A stretch of DNA of 64,000 nt. It comes from Mytilus edulis. Lineage: Eukaryota. Positions 51,031 to 62,403 of this stretch are shown one piece after another; within the stretch, counting starts at the first letter, position 1; the number at the start of each line of letters is the position of its first letter. The notes under the pieces are model-generated. The model searched no databases. It was not told where the DNA came from and was given only the letters and a program-made list of their open reading frames with translations. The translations under genes were made by a program, and so were the position numbers. The stretch lies in assembly GCF_963676685.1 (NCBI RefSeq), contig NC_092350.1:28458001-28522000 (forward strand). Direction: 5' to 3'.

Positions 51031-54000
51031 ACATATATTCTAACTTTTCATTGAAGAGTTTCTTTTTGCTATATCTTATTACCACAAAGAAACTTCTAAA
51101 TAACAAAGTACAATAAACTAAAACTGATGACACTAAAAATATATAGTCTTTATTCTTGTAAAGTAAATGGTATGGTTCAAATATTCCTTAAATATTAATT
51201 CAATACCAATACTTTATATAGGATTTATCCAAGGAAATGAGAACAGGGGAGACAATTACATTAAAAAAATATTTTCCTAAACTTCTAACAAAATATAAAA
51301 TCAAGGATTTGTATAGTTAAACTAAATGTAAAAATCCTTGATAAAATCAAGAACTTTATTTTTTTAAAGACCAAAAACATCTTTAAATAGTTAATTGATT
51401 GATGAACATTATTTCTGCTCACAGTTTATCTCAATCTTTAATAATATTCAAGATAATAACCAAAAACTGCAAAATTTCCTTGAAATGACCAATTCAGCAG
51501 CAGCAACGCAACAACAATTGTTGCCCAATTCATCTGAAAATTTCAGGGCAGAAAAATCTTGACCTGATAAACAATTAAACTTGTGTCAGATTTGCTCTAA
51601 ATACTTTGGTTTCAGAGTTCTAACACAATATCTACATTTTAACCCTATATTCTTTTGTTAGCCATGGCAGATATCTTGGTTCTTTGGCAGGGTCACCGAA
51701 CAAATTTTTTAAACTCAATATCCTTATGATGATTGTGGACAAGTTTGGTTAAATTTGTCTTACTAGTTTCAGAGGAGAAGATTTTTGTAAACAATAAGTA
51801 AAATTGTTAAAAATTGACTCTAAATGGGCAATAACTCCTTAAGGGGTCAACTGACAATTTTGGTCATGTTGACTCATTTGTAGATCTTACTTTGCTGAAC
51901 ATTATTGCTGTTTTCAGTTTATCTCTTTCTATAATGTGGCAAAATTTCCTTAAAATTGCCAATTCAGGGGCAGCAACCCAACAACCAGTTGTCTGATTCG
52001 TCTGAAAATTTCAGGGAAGATAGATCTTGACTTGATAAACAATATGACTACTTGAAAGATTTGCTAGTAATGCTTTGGTTTCAGAGTTATAAGCCAAAAT
52101 CTTCATTTTACCCCTATGTTCTATTTTTAGCCATGGCGGCCATCTTGGTTGGTTGGCCGGGTCACCGAACACATTTTTTAAACTAAATACCCCAATGATG
52201 ATTGTGGACAAGTTTGGTTAAATTTGTCTTACTAGTTTTAGAAGAGAAGATTTTTGTAAACAATAACAAAAATTGTTAAAAAATTGTTAAAAAATGACTA
52301 TAAAGGGCAATAACTCCTTAAGGGGTCAACTGACAATTTTGGACAAGTTGACTTTTTTGTAGATCTTACTTTGCTGAACATTATTGCTGTTTACAGTTTA
52401 TCTCTATCTATAATAATATTCAAGATAATAACCAAAAAAATGGCAAAATTTCCTTAAAATTGCAAATTCAGGGGCAGCAACCCAACAACCAACTGTCTGA
52501 TTCATCTGAAAATTTCAGGGCAGATAGATCTTGACTTGATAAACAATTTAATCCCGGTCAGATTTGCTCTAAATGCTTTGGTTTCAGAGTTATAAGCCAA
52601 AATCTTCATTTTACCCCTATGTTCTATTTTTAGCCATGGTGGCCATCTTGGTTGGTTGGCCGGGTCACCGAACACATTTTTTAAACTAGATACCCTAATG
52701 ATGATTGTGGTCAAGTTTGGTTAAATTTGGCCCAGTAGTTTCAGAGGAGAAGATTTTTGTAAAAGTTAACGACGCCGGACGACGGACGACGACAGACGAC
52801 GGACGCCGGACGCTAAGTGATGAGAAAAGCTCACTCGGCCCTTCGGGCCAGGTGAGCTAAAAATGGTTAAAATTTGACTATAATGGGCAATAACTCCTAA
52901 AGGGGTCAACTGACCATTTCAGTCATGCTGACTTATTTGTAAATCTTACTTTGCTGAACATTATTGCTGTTTACAGTTTATCTCTATCTATAATAATATT
53001 CAAGATAATAACCCGAAACAGTAAAATTTCCTTAAAATTACCAATTCAGGGGCAGCAACCCAACAACGGGTTGTCCGATATATCTGAAAATTTAAGGACA
53101 AATAGATCTTGACTTGATAAACAATTTTACCCCATGTCAGATTTGCTCTAAATGCTTTGGTTTTTGAGTTATAAGCCAAATACTGCATTTTACCCCTATG
53201 TTCTATTTTTGGCCATGGCGGCCATCTTGGTTGGTTGACCGGGTTAGCGGACACATTTTTTAAACTAGATACCCCAATGATGATTGTGGCCAAGTTTGGA
53301 TTAATTTGGCCCAGTAGTTTCAGAGGAGAATATTTTTGTAAAAGATTACTAAGATTTACGAAAAATGGTTAAAAATTGACTATAAAGGGCAATAACTCCT
53401 AAAGGGGTCAACTGACCATTTTGGTCATGTTGACTTATTTGTAAATCTTACTTTGCTGAACATTATTGCTGTTTACAGTTTATCTCTATCTATAATAATT
53501 TTCAAGATAATAACCAAAAACAGCAAAAATTCCCTAAAATTACCAATTCAGGGGCAGCAACCCAACAACGGGTTGTCGGATTCATCTGAAAATTTCAGGG
53601 CAGATAGATCTTGACCTGATAAACACTTTTACCCCCATGTCAGATTTGCTCTAAATGCTTTGGTTTTTGAGTTATAAGCTGAAAACTGCATTTTACCACT
53701 ATGTTCTATTTTTAGCCATGGCGGCCATCTTGGTTGGTTGGCCGGGTCACGCCACACATTTTTTAAACTAGATACCCCAATGATGATTGTGGCCAAGTTT
53801 GGTTTAATTAGGCCCAATAATTTAAGAGGAGAAGATTTTTGTAAAAGTTAATGACGACGAAGACAACGCCAGACGCCAAGTGATGAGAAATGCTCACTTG
53901 GCCCTTCAGGCCAGGTGAGCTAAAAATCGCTCTCATTTTTCAATATTTCAATTTCTCTTTTCCTCAATTATGACATCACCGAATTTGTACTTATTGAGAG

Positions 54001-54344
54001 CAAAATGACAGGTACCACCAGTGCAATATCTGAGCACCTGAGAATACACCTGGGGTAGGGGGATGGGGTGATGGGGTGGTTTTTGTTGTTCAGTCATTAG
54101 CGTATTATGCAGTGTTTTTTTGGACTTGATTTCTAGTAATGTAAGGGTTTTTTTGCGATGGCATTGTCAGTTTTTCTATGGAAAATGACTTATATTACAT
54201 TACAGTCATAAATATCTGGCTGTATCTAGTCCAAATTTAACACTTGAAAACGGCTTGAAAACGGCAAGTAAATTAAAAGATTTTTTTGATAAGGCAAAAG
54301 AAACCTCACATATATCTACTAAATTCTCGATAAGAAAATAGAAA

Positions 54345-56332
54345 CTAGAGGCTCTAAAGAGCCTGTGTCGCTCACCTTAGTCTATGTGAATATCAAACAA
54401 AGGACGCAGATGGATTTATGACAAAATTGTGTTTTGGTGATGGTGATGTGTTTGTACATCTTACTTTACTGAAAATTCTTGCTGCTTACAATTAGCTCTA
54501 TCTATAATGAACTTGGCCCAGTAGTTTCAGTGGAAGATGTTAGTAAAAATTTACAAATTTTATGAAAATTGTTAAAAATTGACTATAAAGGACAATCACT
54601 CCTTAGGGGGTCAATTGACCATTTTGGTCTTGTTGACTTATTTTTAGTCTTACTTTGCTGTACATTATTGTTGTTTACAGTTTTTCTCTATCTATAATAA
54701 TATTCAAGATAATAACAAACTAGAGGCTCTAAAGAGCCTGTGTCGCTCACCTTGGTCTATGTGCATATATACAATACCCTTCCCTTTCATGAATATGACC
54801 TACCGAATTAGACTATTTACCGGATTTGTAATCACATAAGCAACACGACGGGTGACACATGTGGAGCAGGATCTGCTTACCCTTCCGGAGCACCTGAGAT
54901 CACCCCTAGTTTTTGGTGGGGTTCGTGTTGTTTATTCTTTAGTTTTCTATGTTGTGTCGTGTGTACTATTGTTTTTCTGTTTGTCTTTTTCATTTTTAGC
55001 CATGGCGTTGTCAGTTTGTTTTAGATTTATGAGTTTGACTGTCCCTTTGGTATCTTTCGTCCCTCTTTTAAACAAAGGACACAAATAGATTCATGACAAA
55101 ATTGTATTTTGGTTATGGTGATGTGTTTGAAGTTCTTACTTTACTGAACGTTCTTGCTTCTTACAATTATATCTATAATGAACTTTGCCCATTAGTAACA
55201 GAGAAAATTATTTGGTAAAAATTTACATAAATTTACCAAATTAATGAAAATTGTTAAAAATTGACTATAAAGGGCAATAACTCCTTAAGGGGTCAATTGA
55301 CCATTTAGGTCATGCTGACTTATTTGTAGATCTTACTTTGCTGAACATTATTGCTGTTTACAGTTTATCTCCATCTATATTAGTATTAAAGATAATAACC
55401 AAAAACGGCAAAATTTCTTTAAAAATTACCAATTGGGGTCAGCATCCCAACAACCGGTTGTCCAATTCATCTAAAAATTTCAGGGCAGATAGATATTGAC
55501 TTGATTAACAATTTAACTTCTTGTCAGATTTGCTCTAAATGCTTTGGTTTCAGAGTTATAAGCCAAAATCTACATTTTACCCCTGTTTTAACATTTTACC
55601 CCTGTTTTATTTTTAGCCGTGGCAGCCATCTTAGTTGGATGGCCAGGTCATCGGACACATTTTTCAAACTAGATACCCCAAAGATGATGTTGGCCAAGTT
55701 TGGATTAATTTGGCCCAGTAGTTTCAGAGGAGAATATTTTTGTAAAAGATTACTTAAGATTTACGAAAAATGGTTAAAAATTGACTATAAAGGGCAATAA
55801 CTCCTAAAGGGGTCAACTGACCATTTCGGTCATGTTGACTTATTTGTAAATCTAACTTTGCTGAACATTATTGCTGTGTACAGTTTATCTATATCTATAA
55901 TAATATTCAAGATAATAACCAAAAACAGCAAAATTTCCTCAAAATTACCAATTCAGGGGCAGCAACCCAACAACAGGTTGACCGATTCATCTGAAAATTT
56001 CAGGGCAGATAGATCTTGACCTGATAAACATTTTTATCACGGTCAGATTTCCTTTAAATGCTTTGGTTTTTGAGTTATAAGCCAAAAACTGCATTTTACC
56101 CCTATGCACTATTTTTAGCTGTGGCGGCCATCTTGGTTGGTTCAACTTGGTTGGCCGGGTCACGCCACACATTTTTCAATCTAGATACCCCAATGATGAT
56201 TGTGGCCAGGTTTGGTTTAATTTGGCCCAGTAGTTTCAGAGGAAAAGATTTTTGTAAAAGTTAACGAAGATGGACGACGCCGGACGCAAAGTGATGAGAA
56301 AAGCTCACTTGGCCCTTCGGACCAGGTGAGCT
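54345..56332 (-). mobile_element. HINE family A copy with duplicated 3' end (54345 and 54720)
   Basis: Both termini present; ~500-bp units. Confidence 0.88.
54769..55068 (+). mobile_element. 300-bp interspersed repeat inserted in the HINE (retroelement 3'-end-like)
   Basis: Interrupts the HINE consensus gtgcatat|taaacaaagg; a degenerate relative lies at ~54005-54180. Confidence 0.7.
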
Positions 56333-56623
56333 AAAAAAGGCTTTTTATAGTTGTCAATTTAAAAGGAAAATCTGTTGTGAAAATGATAGCTGTGCTCAAG
56401 TGCACTTTTTATATAAATGTGCAACTATGTCATCAGTTTCTATCTAGAACACTGTTCAGCCTCTTTGTTTTGGACAAATATTAATAAATTTCATCTGCTT
56501 TTATAAATTCTTAAAAATTAGATTTTGATGGAAAATATCATGAATAAAAAGTTCTGTTCTTTTAATTCATGTACATTGACTTTCATACAATGCTGCAAAA
56601 AATATCTGGAATAAGTATAGGAG

Positions 56624-57898
56624 CTACTCTTTATTAATCATCCCATTAGTCAACAAAAAATCATATAATTTTCTTGTTTTGTTAACATCAATTTTGATCA
56701 AACTTCTAGCCTGTCCAAGTTTTAAACATCCATTTTTCTTACACTCATTAATCAGGGAATCACGAAATTCTATATAAGCCTCTGGAACCAATCTAATATT
56801 AGCGCAAATCTCTTGTTCTGTTTCTCCTAGTTTTTCATAACCTGGCAAACTAGAAATGTCTAATGGAGGTGCTGTTTTCCGAGGAGCATTTGGTAACACA
56901 ACTAAGCCTCCTTTTGACATATTGTCTAGCACAGCCTGCCTTTGAAGCCATGTTTGACAAGAAGTTTCATCTTTTAAATGTGATAATAGGTCTACCATAA
57001 GATGTCTTTTAGATTTCACTACATTTCTCCTTGAGTTAAGGATGTGATACATTTTACTCTGCTGCATAGAGGTCATGCCATTTTCTCTTCTGCTCTGAAG
57101 TTTCTTGATATCATGTTTTAATTCTCTCTCATAATGTATGGCCTCAATATATTTACAATATTCATCAGGTGACACCAATGTTATGAATACTCTCAACTTG
57201 TCAATAAGGTCCTTGATGGTGTAACTGTATCTACGGCTGGCCACTTGTACTTTTGGTATGTTGATCAGACCATAATCTCTGACAATTTTCTTCCTTTTCC
57301 ATCTCTCTTTCATGCAATCGTAATACACATCCAGAACTCCCAACTGCATTTTACTATCTTCATCCTCCTCATCAAAATCTAAATGTTTGATTTCCAGTTC
57401 CATGAAGTTGTCATATTCTATTGTGAAATCACCCCTTCCAGCCATATACCCACTGAGGTCGTTGTTTTCTGGGTAGCGTGGAGGGTCGTCACACAATTTA
57501 TATAGGATTGGCTGAGGATAAACAGTCCTCTCTGCCTCTTTAAAGTGAGGCAAGTCCTCATGAGGTTTATCAATGAAATATTTATTGTAATGATTCTGAC
57601 ATTCTGACTGACTTTTTGTCCGTAGCCTGTGAGCTACATCTGACCAGTTGCCATAGCCACAGTCTGACATGATGTCAAGTAACGTTGTTTCTTCCTCTGC
57701 CGTCCATATCTGTTCAAACAGCGGAAAATCTGTTCTACAAACAGTGTAGGGATGATCGTTTTGATGAACACCAAATATAACTCCTTTAGAGAAGCAATGA
57801 ACACAGATAGTCATGGAGTGACATACTTCAGCTTTACATACAATGTATGGCTTTCTTAGTTCACATTTACAATTCATACAATAGTGTTCCTCCTCCAT
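56624..57898 (-). CDS. TADA2A: Transcriptional adapter 2-alpha (Ada2a), single coding exon, 424 aa
   Basis: N-terminal ZZ-type zinc finger, SANT (WTAEEE..GYGNW), GYMAGRGDF, C-terminal SWIRM (KIDVNKTRKLYDFL). Confidence 0.93.
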   Translation of the reverse strand: MEEEHYCMNCKCELRKPYIVCKAEVCHSMTICVHCFSKGVIFGVHQNDHPYTVCRTDFPLFEQIWTAEEETTLLDIMSDCGYGNWSDVAHRLRTKSQSECQNHYNKYFIDKPHEDLPHFKEAERTVYPQPILYKLCDDPPRYPENNDLSGYMAGRGDFTIEYDNFMELEIKHLDFDEEDEDSKMQLGVLDVYYDCMKERWKRKKIVRDYGLINIPKVQVASRRYSYTIKDLIDKLRVFITLVSPDEYCKYIEAIHYERELKHDIKKLQSRRENGMTSMQQSKMYHILNSRRNVVKSKRHLMVDLLSHLKDETSCQTWLQRQAVLDNMSKGGLVVLPNAPRKTAPPLDISSLPGYEKLGETEQEICANIRLVPEAYIEFRDSLINECKKNGCLKLGQARSLIKIDVNKTRKLYDFLLTNGMINKE

Positions 57899-57993
57899 TT
57901 CAATGTTTGTTCAATAGTTCAGTATAATATCAAATTTTTAAAATTTTCCTTAATTCATTGTGAAAAATGTCTAAGAATTACTATGAGATGACT

Positions 57994-58065
57994 TTAGCCT
58001 AATTTTGGTCCTCCATCATGATAGTTGCCTGTTATTGAAGCACCACTGAAGTCAAAACCAGGATT
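57994..58065 (-). CDS. NUDCD2: NUDCD2 last coding exon
   Basis: Acceptor ttattttacag, then NPGFDFSGASITGNYHDGGPKLG*, matching the NUDCD2 C-terminus. Confidence 0.9.
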   Translation of the reverse strand, partial: NPGFDFSGASITGNYHDGGPKLG

Positions 58066-58564
58066 CTGTAAAATAATAAAACAATATTGTGCTATTAGTG
58101 TTCAACTTACTTAATTTTCTAATAAGGTCAACTTACAGTGTTGTCTTCTTTTCATCAGTTTTTGGAAATTGGAAATAATAACTCTCAGGAATTTTTCTAA
58201 ACAATCTAAAATTGAACTAGATACCTTATTAAAGACTCAGATGTAAAATTTAAGACCACAGTGCAAAAATTTCTTAAAGGCATGCTTTTCTTACTAAAAA
58301 TACATGGTCTGTTTGATTAAAGCTTTTCAGCTGTTTTCTGATTTTTTAGTCAAAATCATGATTTAAGGATAATAGCTGGAGCTAGCTCCTATACGTTGTT
58401 TCCAATGTAGGTATCAATAGTAGAGCTATAATAGTATTATTAAAAGGGGTACACAGTTATTTTCTATAATGATTTAATGCAAAATTAACATTCAGATTCT
58501 TTTGTTTTGATAAAAAGAGAATTGAATTTTTTACTTTAAAATATCAAATATTGACAGAATAAAA

Positions 58565-60110
58565 CTAGAGGCTCTAAAGAGCCTGTGTCGCTCACCTTGG
58601 TCTATGTGAATATTAAACAAAGGAAGCAGATGGATTCATGACAAAATTGTGTTTTGGTGATGGTGATGTGTACATCTTACTTTACTAAAGTCTTGCTGCT
58701 TACAATTATCTCTATCTATAATGAACTTGGCCCAGTAGTTTCAGTGGAAAATGTTAATAAAAATTTACAAATTTTATGAAAATTGATAAAAATTGACTAT
58801 AAAAGACAATAACTCCTTAGGGGGTCAATTGACCATTTCGGTCATTTTGATTTATTTGTAAATCTTACTTTGCTGAACATTATTGCTGTTTACAGTTTAT
58901 CTCTATCTATAAAAATATTCAAGATAATAACCAAAACTAAAGGCTCTAGAGCCTGTGTCGCTCACCTTGGTCTATGTGAATATTAAACAAAGGACACAGA
59001 TGAATTCAAGACAAAATTGTGGTTTGGTGATGGTGATGTGTTTGTAGGTCTTACTTTACTGAACATACTTGCTGCTTACAATTATCTCTATCTATAATGA
59101 ACTTGGCCCAGTAGTTACAGTTGAAAATATTAGTAAAATTTTACAAATTTTGTGAAAATTGTTAAAAAATTACTATATAAAGGGCAATAACTCCTTAGGA
59201 GATCAATTGACCATTTTGGTCATGTTGACTTCTTTTTAAGGTCTTACTTAACTGTACATTATTGCTGTTTACAGTTTATCTCTATCTATAATAATATTCA
59301 AGATAATATCCAAAAACTGCAAAATGTCCTTAAAATTACCAATTCAGGGGCAGCAACCCAACAAAGGGTTGTCCGATTGGTCTGTAAATTTCAGGGCAGA
59401 TAGATCTTGACCTGATTATAACAATTTTACACCATGTCAGATTTGCTCTAAATGCTTTGGTTTTTGAGTTATAACCCAAAAACTGCATTTTACCCCTATG
59501 TTCTATTTTTAGCCGTGGCGGCCATCTTGGTTGGAAGGCCAAGTCACCGGACACATTTTTTAAACTAGATACCCCAAAGATGATTGTGGCCAAGTTTGGA
59601 TTACTTTGGCCCTGTAGTTTCAGAGGAGAAGATTTTTGTAAAAGATTACTTAGATTTACGAAAAATGGTTAAAAATTGACTATAAAGGGCAATAACTCCT
59701 AAAGGGGTCAACTGACCATTTCGGTCATGTTGACTTATTTGTAAATCTAACTTTGCTGAACATTATTGCTGTTTACAGTTTATCTCTATCTATAATAATG
59801 TTCAAGATAATAACCAAAAACAGCAAAATTTCCTTAAAATTACCAATTCAGGGGCAGCAACCTAACAACAGGTTGTCCGATTCATCTGAAAATGTCAAGG
59901 CAGATAGATCTTGTCCTGATAACAATTTTACCCCTGTCAGATTTGCTCTAAATGCTTTGGTTTTTGAGTTATAAGCCAAAAACTGCATTTTACCCCTATG
60001 TTCTATTTTTAGACGTGGCGGCCATCTTTGTTAGTTGGCCGGGTCACCGGATACACCGGATACGCAAAGTGATGGGAAAAGCTCACATGGCCCTTCGGGC
60101 CAGGTGAGCT
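58565..60110 (-). mobile_element. HINE family A copy with duplicated 3' end (58565 and 58937), in the last NUDCD2 intron
   Basis: Both termini present; ~500-bp units. Confidence 0.88.
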
Positions 60111-61174
60111 AAAAATGCTTAAAATTTTGGTTTTGAAAAATTTATCATGTTTATTAGAAACTTTCATATGATTATTATTATGTTTTTATCAAATTTAATT
60201 AAATACTGACAAAATAGACCAAACCTTACCCTACTTTTGTCTTTAATGAAGAAAATCGCCAAATTCTCCCTGAAATGGAGATATAATCTTGTTTATAAAG
60301 TAATTAAAAATATATATTTATTAGCTAAAAATAAGTTCAATGAAGTAAAGACTGCCATTCAGTTCTCAAAATCCAAACATATTTTTTTTATGTTTTATAC
60401 TGTTACACATACATCATGTTACTTTAAAATTCTATTTCTATATCAACATTTGTATTGATTGATTGTTCTTTTCTTATTGTCCAGTTACACATATTTCATG
60501 TTTATATGCCATTATTATTAAATTACATTATTCTCATTAAACACATTTCATTGGAGAGCAGACAACAGTATTAGTAACTTAACTTTACTAGTTCCTTTTT
60601 TGATTATATAATTTAGAATATGTTGGCATGAAGAGAATAAATATAAAGACTCTACTTGGAATTCAGTGAAAGTTATCAGTTTTATCAATTTAAGAATAAG
60701 TCTTCTACAATATGTACTTAATTCTATTTTAAAAGTCAATGTTTCCTTATTTTCAATCCATCCTGTTTTCATGGTCTTTAACACTGAATTTATATCTATT
60801 TTTTTGGCATTAAAATATTACCAATCATTAAATAATTATTGTCATTCATTATTTTGTGTAAAATTTCACAATTTAGATCCAATTATTTTTTAATCTAGTC
60901 CTAATGTAAATTCATAATTATTGTGATGATTTTATTAATTGTGAAAAATGCTGCAGTATCAGATTTACATTACAGAAAACTTGCATTCGTAATTCCAGTA
61001 GTGATCTAGATCTCCCTTATAAATTTTTAGCAATCACATTTACATTTAACATGTTTGCCAGCAGTCAAATTTTAGCAATAATATATATATGCAACATTAG
61101 TTTCTGAATTAACAGTATATACAATTGTATTAAATATAAACTCATCATAAATAACAGGACTAAATTTTGCATAT

Positions 61175-61218
61175 ACGCCAGATGCGCGTTTCGTCTACAA
61201 AAGACTCATCAGTGACGC
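61175..61218 (-). ncRNA. Minimal type I hammerhead ribozyme motif within a Penelope/retrozyme-type repeat (61140-61270)
   Basis: Minus strand: gcgtca CTGATGA gtct tttgt agac GAAA cgcgc ATC tggcgt; stems I and II pair. Confidence 0.75.
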
Positions 61219-61297
61219 TCGAATCCAAAAAAGTTAAAAAGGCCAAATAAAGTACGAAGTTGAGGATTGAGTAATATATATGTAACTATATGAGGGT

Positions 61298-61554
61298 TGG
61301 AAGCCTCGGTGGACGAGTGGTCTAAGTAGTTACTACTGTAATCACTAGCCAGTCAACACTGAGGTTGTGAGTTCGAACCCTGCTCATGTGGGTGCACTCG
61401 ATTTCAATCTTAATTGACTAGGATTGTCAGTTTTCCTTTCAAAGGTCTGTGGTTTTCTTCTGGCACTCGGGCTTCCTCCACCAAATTAAAAACTGGGTGC
61501 CATGAAATAGCCTAAATCCAGAGCTTAAAAGTGGCGTTTAAACACCAAAAATCA
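61298..61554 (+). mobile_element. tRNA-derived SINE (V-domain-like core) with 10-bp TSD ATATGAGGGT
   Basis: A box TGGACGAGTGG, B box GTTCGAACC, ggttttcttctggcactcgggcttcctccacc core; TSD at 61288-61297 and 61555-61564. Confidence 0.85.
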
Positions 61555-61559
61555 ATATG

Positions 61560-61807
61560 AGGGTCTGGATGGGGTTTACAAAACAGGGAATAATTGGCAA
61601 AATGTCCAGAATACAGGGCAAATAGAAGAAAAGAGAAAAATAGGCCAAAAAAATAAAAATAAAGAATAATGGGGTTTAAATATAAAGAATTGAGAATACT
61701 AGGGTTTTAAAATATAAAGAATCAAGAATAATGTCATAATAGATAAAAGAACAAAATGGTATAAAATTAAATGAATAATGAAATGAAAGACCCCTGATTC
61801 AGACCCT
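61560..61807. mobile_element. Small MITE
   Basis: agggtctggatgggg ... cccctgattcagaccct imperfect TIRs. Confidence 0.6.
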
Positions 61808-62251
61808 AAAATATACCAAAACTAATATTCTAAATTAAATAGACACAGTAAATTCAGTATAGCTAATGAATGTCAGTTCAGAGGTAAATCAAATTACTGA
61901 TAAAGAATTTTGAAATTTATAATACATAAAATTTAGAATGGAAACGGGGAATGTGTCAAAGCGACAACAACCTGACCATAGAGCAGACAACAGCTGAAAG
62001 CCACCTATGGGTCTTCAATGTAGCGAGAAACTCCCGCACCCAGAGGCGTCCTTCAGCTGGGCCCTAAACAAATATGTATGCTAGTTCAGTGATAATGGAC
62101 GTCATACTAAACTCCGAATTATACACAAGAAACTAAAATTAAAAATGTATACATTTATCATGTTTATAGTCTAATTGAATATATCATGCATACATAACAG
62201 GATATTTTTTGCTGTCATTTTTAGAATTAAATTTGTAATAATCTGCTTTAC

Positions 62252-62403
62252 CTCGTTCTGAAATTTTTCCAATGTTAATTTTTGTTCCATCTGATCAAAG
62301 GTAGAGGGATCTGCTTCATATTGTGATTTTAACAATGACTTCCAACAGTTGCCAGCAGTACTATGGACCTTTGGTAAACAGATTCTTATCAACTTCTTAT
62401 CTT
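62252..62403 (-). CDS. NUDCD2: NUDCD2 internal exon (152 nt)
   Basis: (E)DKKLIRICLPKVHSTAGNCWKSLLKSQYEADPSTFDQMEQKLTLEKFQNE; AG/GT flanks, phase-compatible with neighbouring exons. Confidence 0.92.

Larger units (their letters stand above)
35352..52858 (-). mobile_element. Autonomous-type Helentron (endonuclease-encoding Helitron), ~17.5 kb including nested inserts
   Basis: SubTIR and hairpin ends of family-A type. Host HINE reads ...gatttacga|aaaatggttaaaa across the insertion with no TSD. Rep/Hel/EN gene inside. Confidence 0.88.
34126..53921 (-). mobile_element. HINE family A (Helentron-associated non-autonomous element with ~500-bp tandem units); own sequence 34126-35351 and 52859-53921, split by the Helentron
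   Basis: 3' end GGTGAGCGACAC-AGGCTCT TT AGAGCCT-CTAG; 5' end AGCTCACCTGGCC..GGGCCAAGTGAGC; (GAC)n-type microsatellite; A-run insertion sites. Confidence 0.88.

Noticed and set aside
52011-56264. Family of similar short ORFs (…PRWPPWLKIEHRGK…)
   Set aside because: Incidental translations of the HINE-A tandem unit, with lengths and frames varying between copies.
57899-57993. NUDCD2-TADA2A fusion protein via read-through or splicing
   Set aside because: In-frame TGA five codons upstream of the TADA2A ATG and no AG acceptor after it.
61303-61385. tRNA gene
   Set aside because: A/B boxes are present but the cloverleaf is poor; it continues into a SINE body with a TSD.
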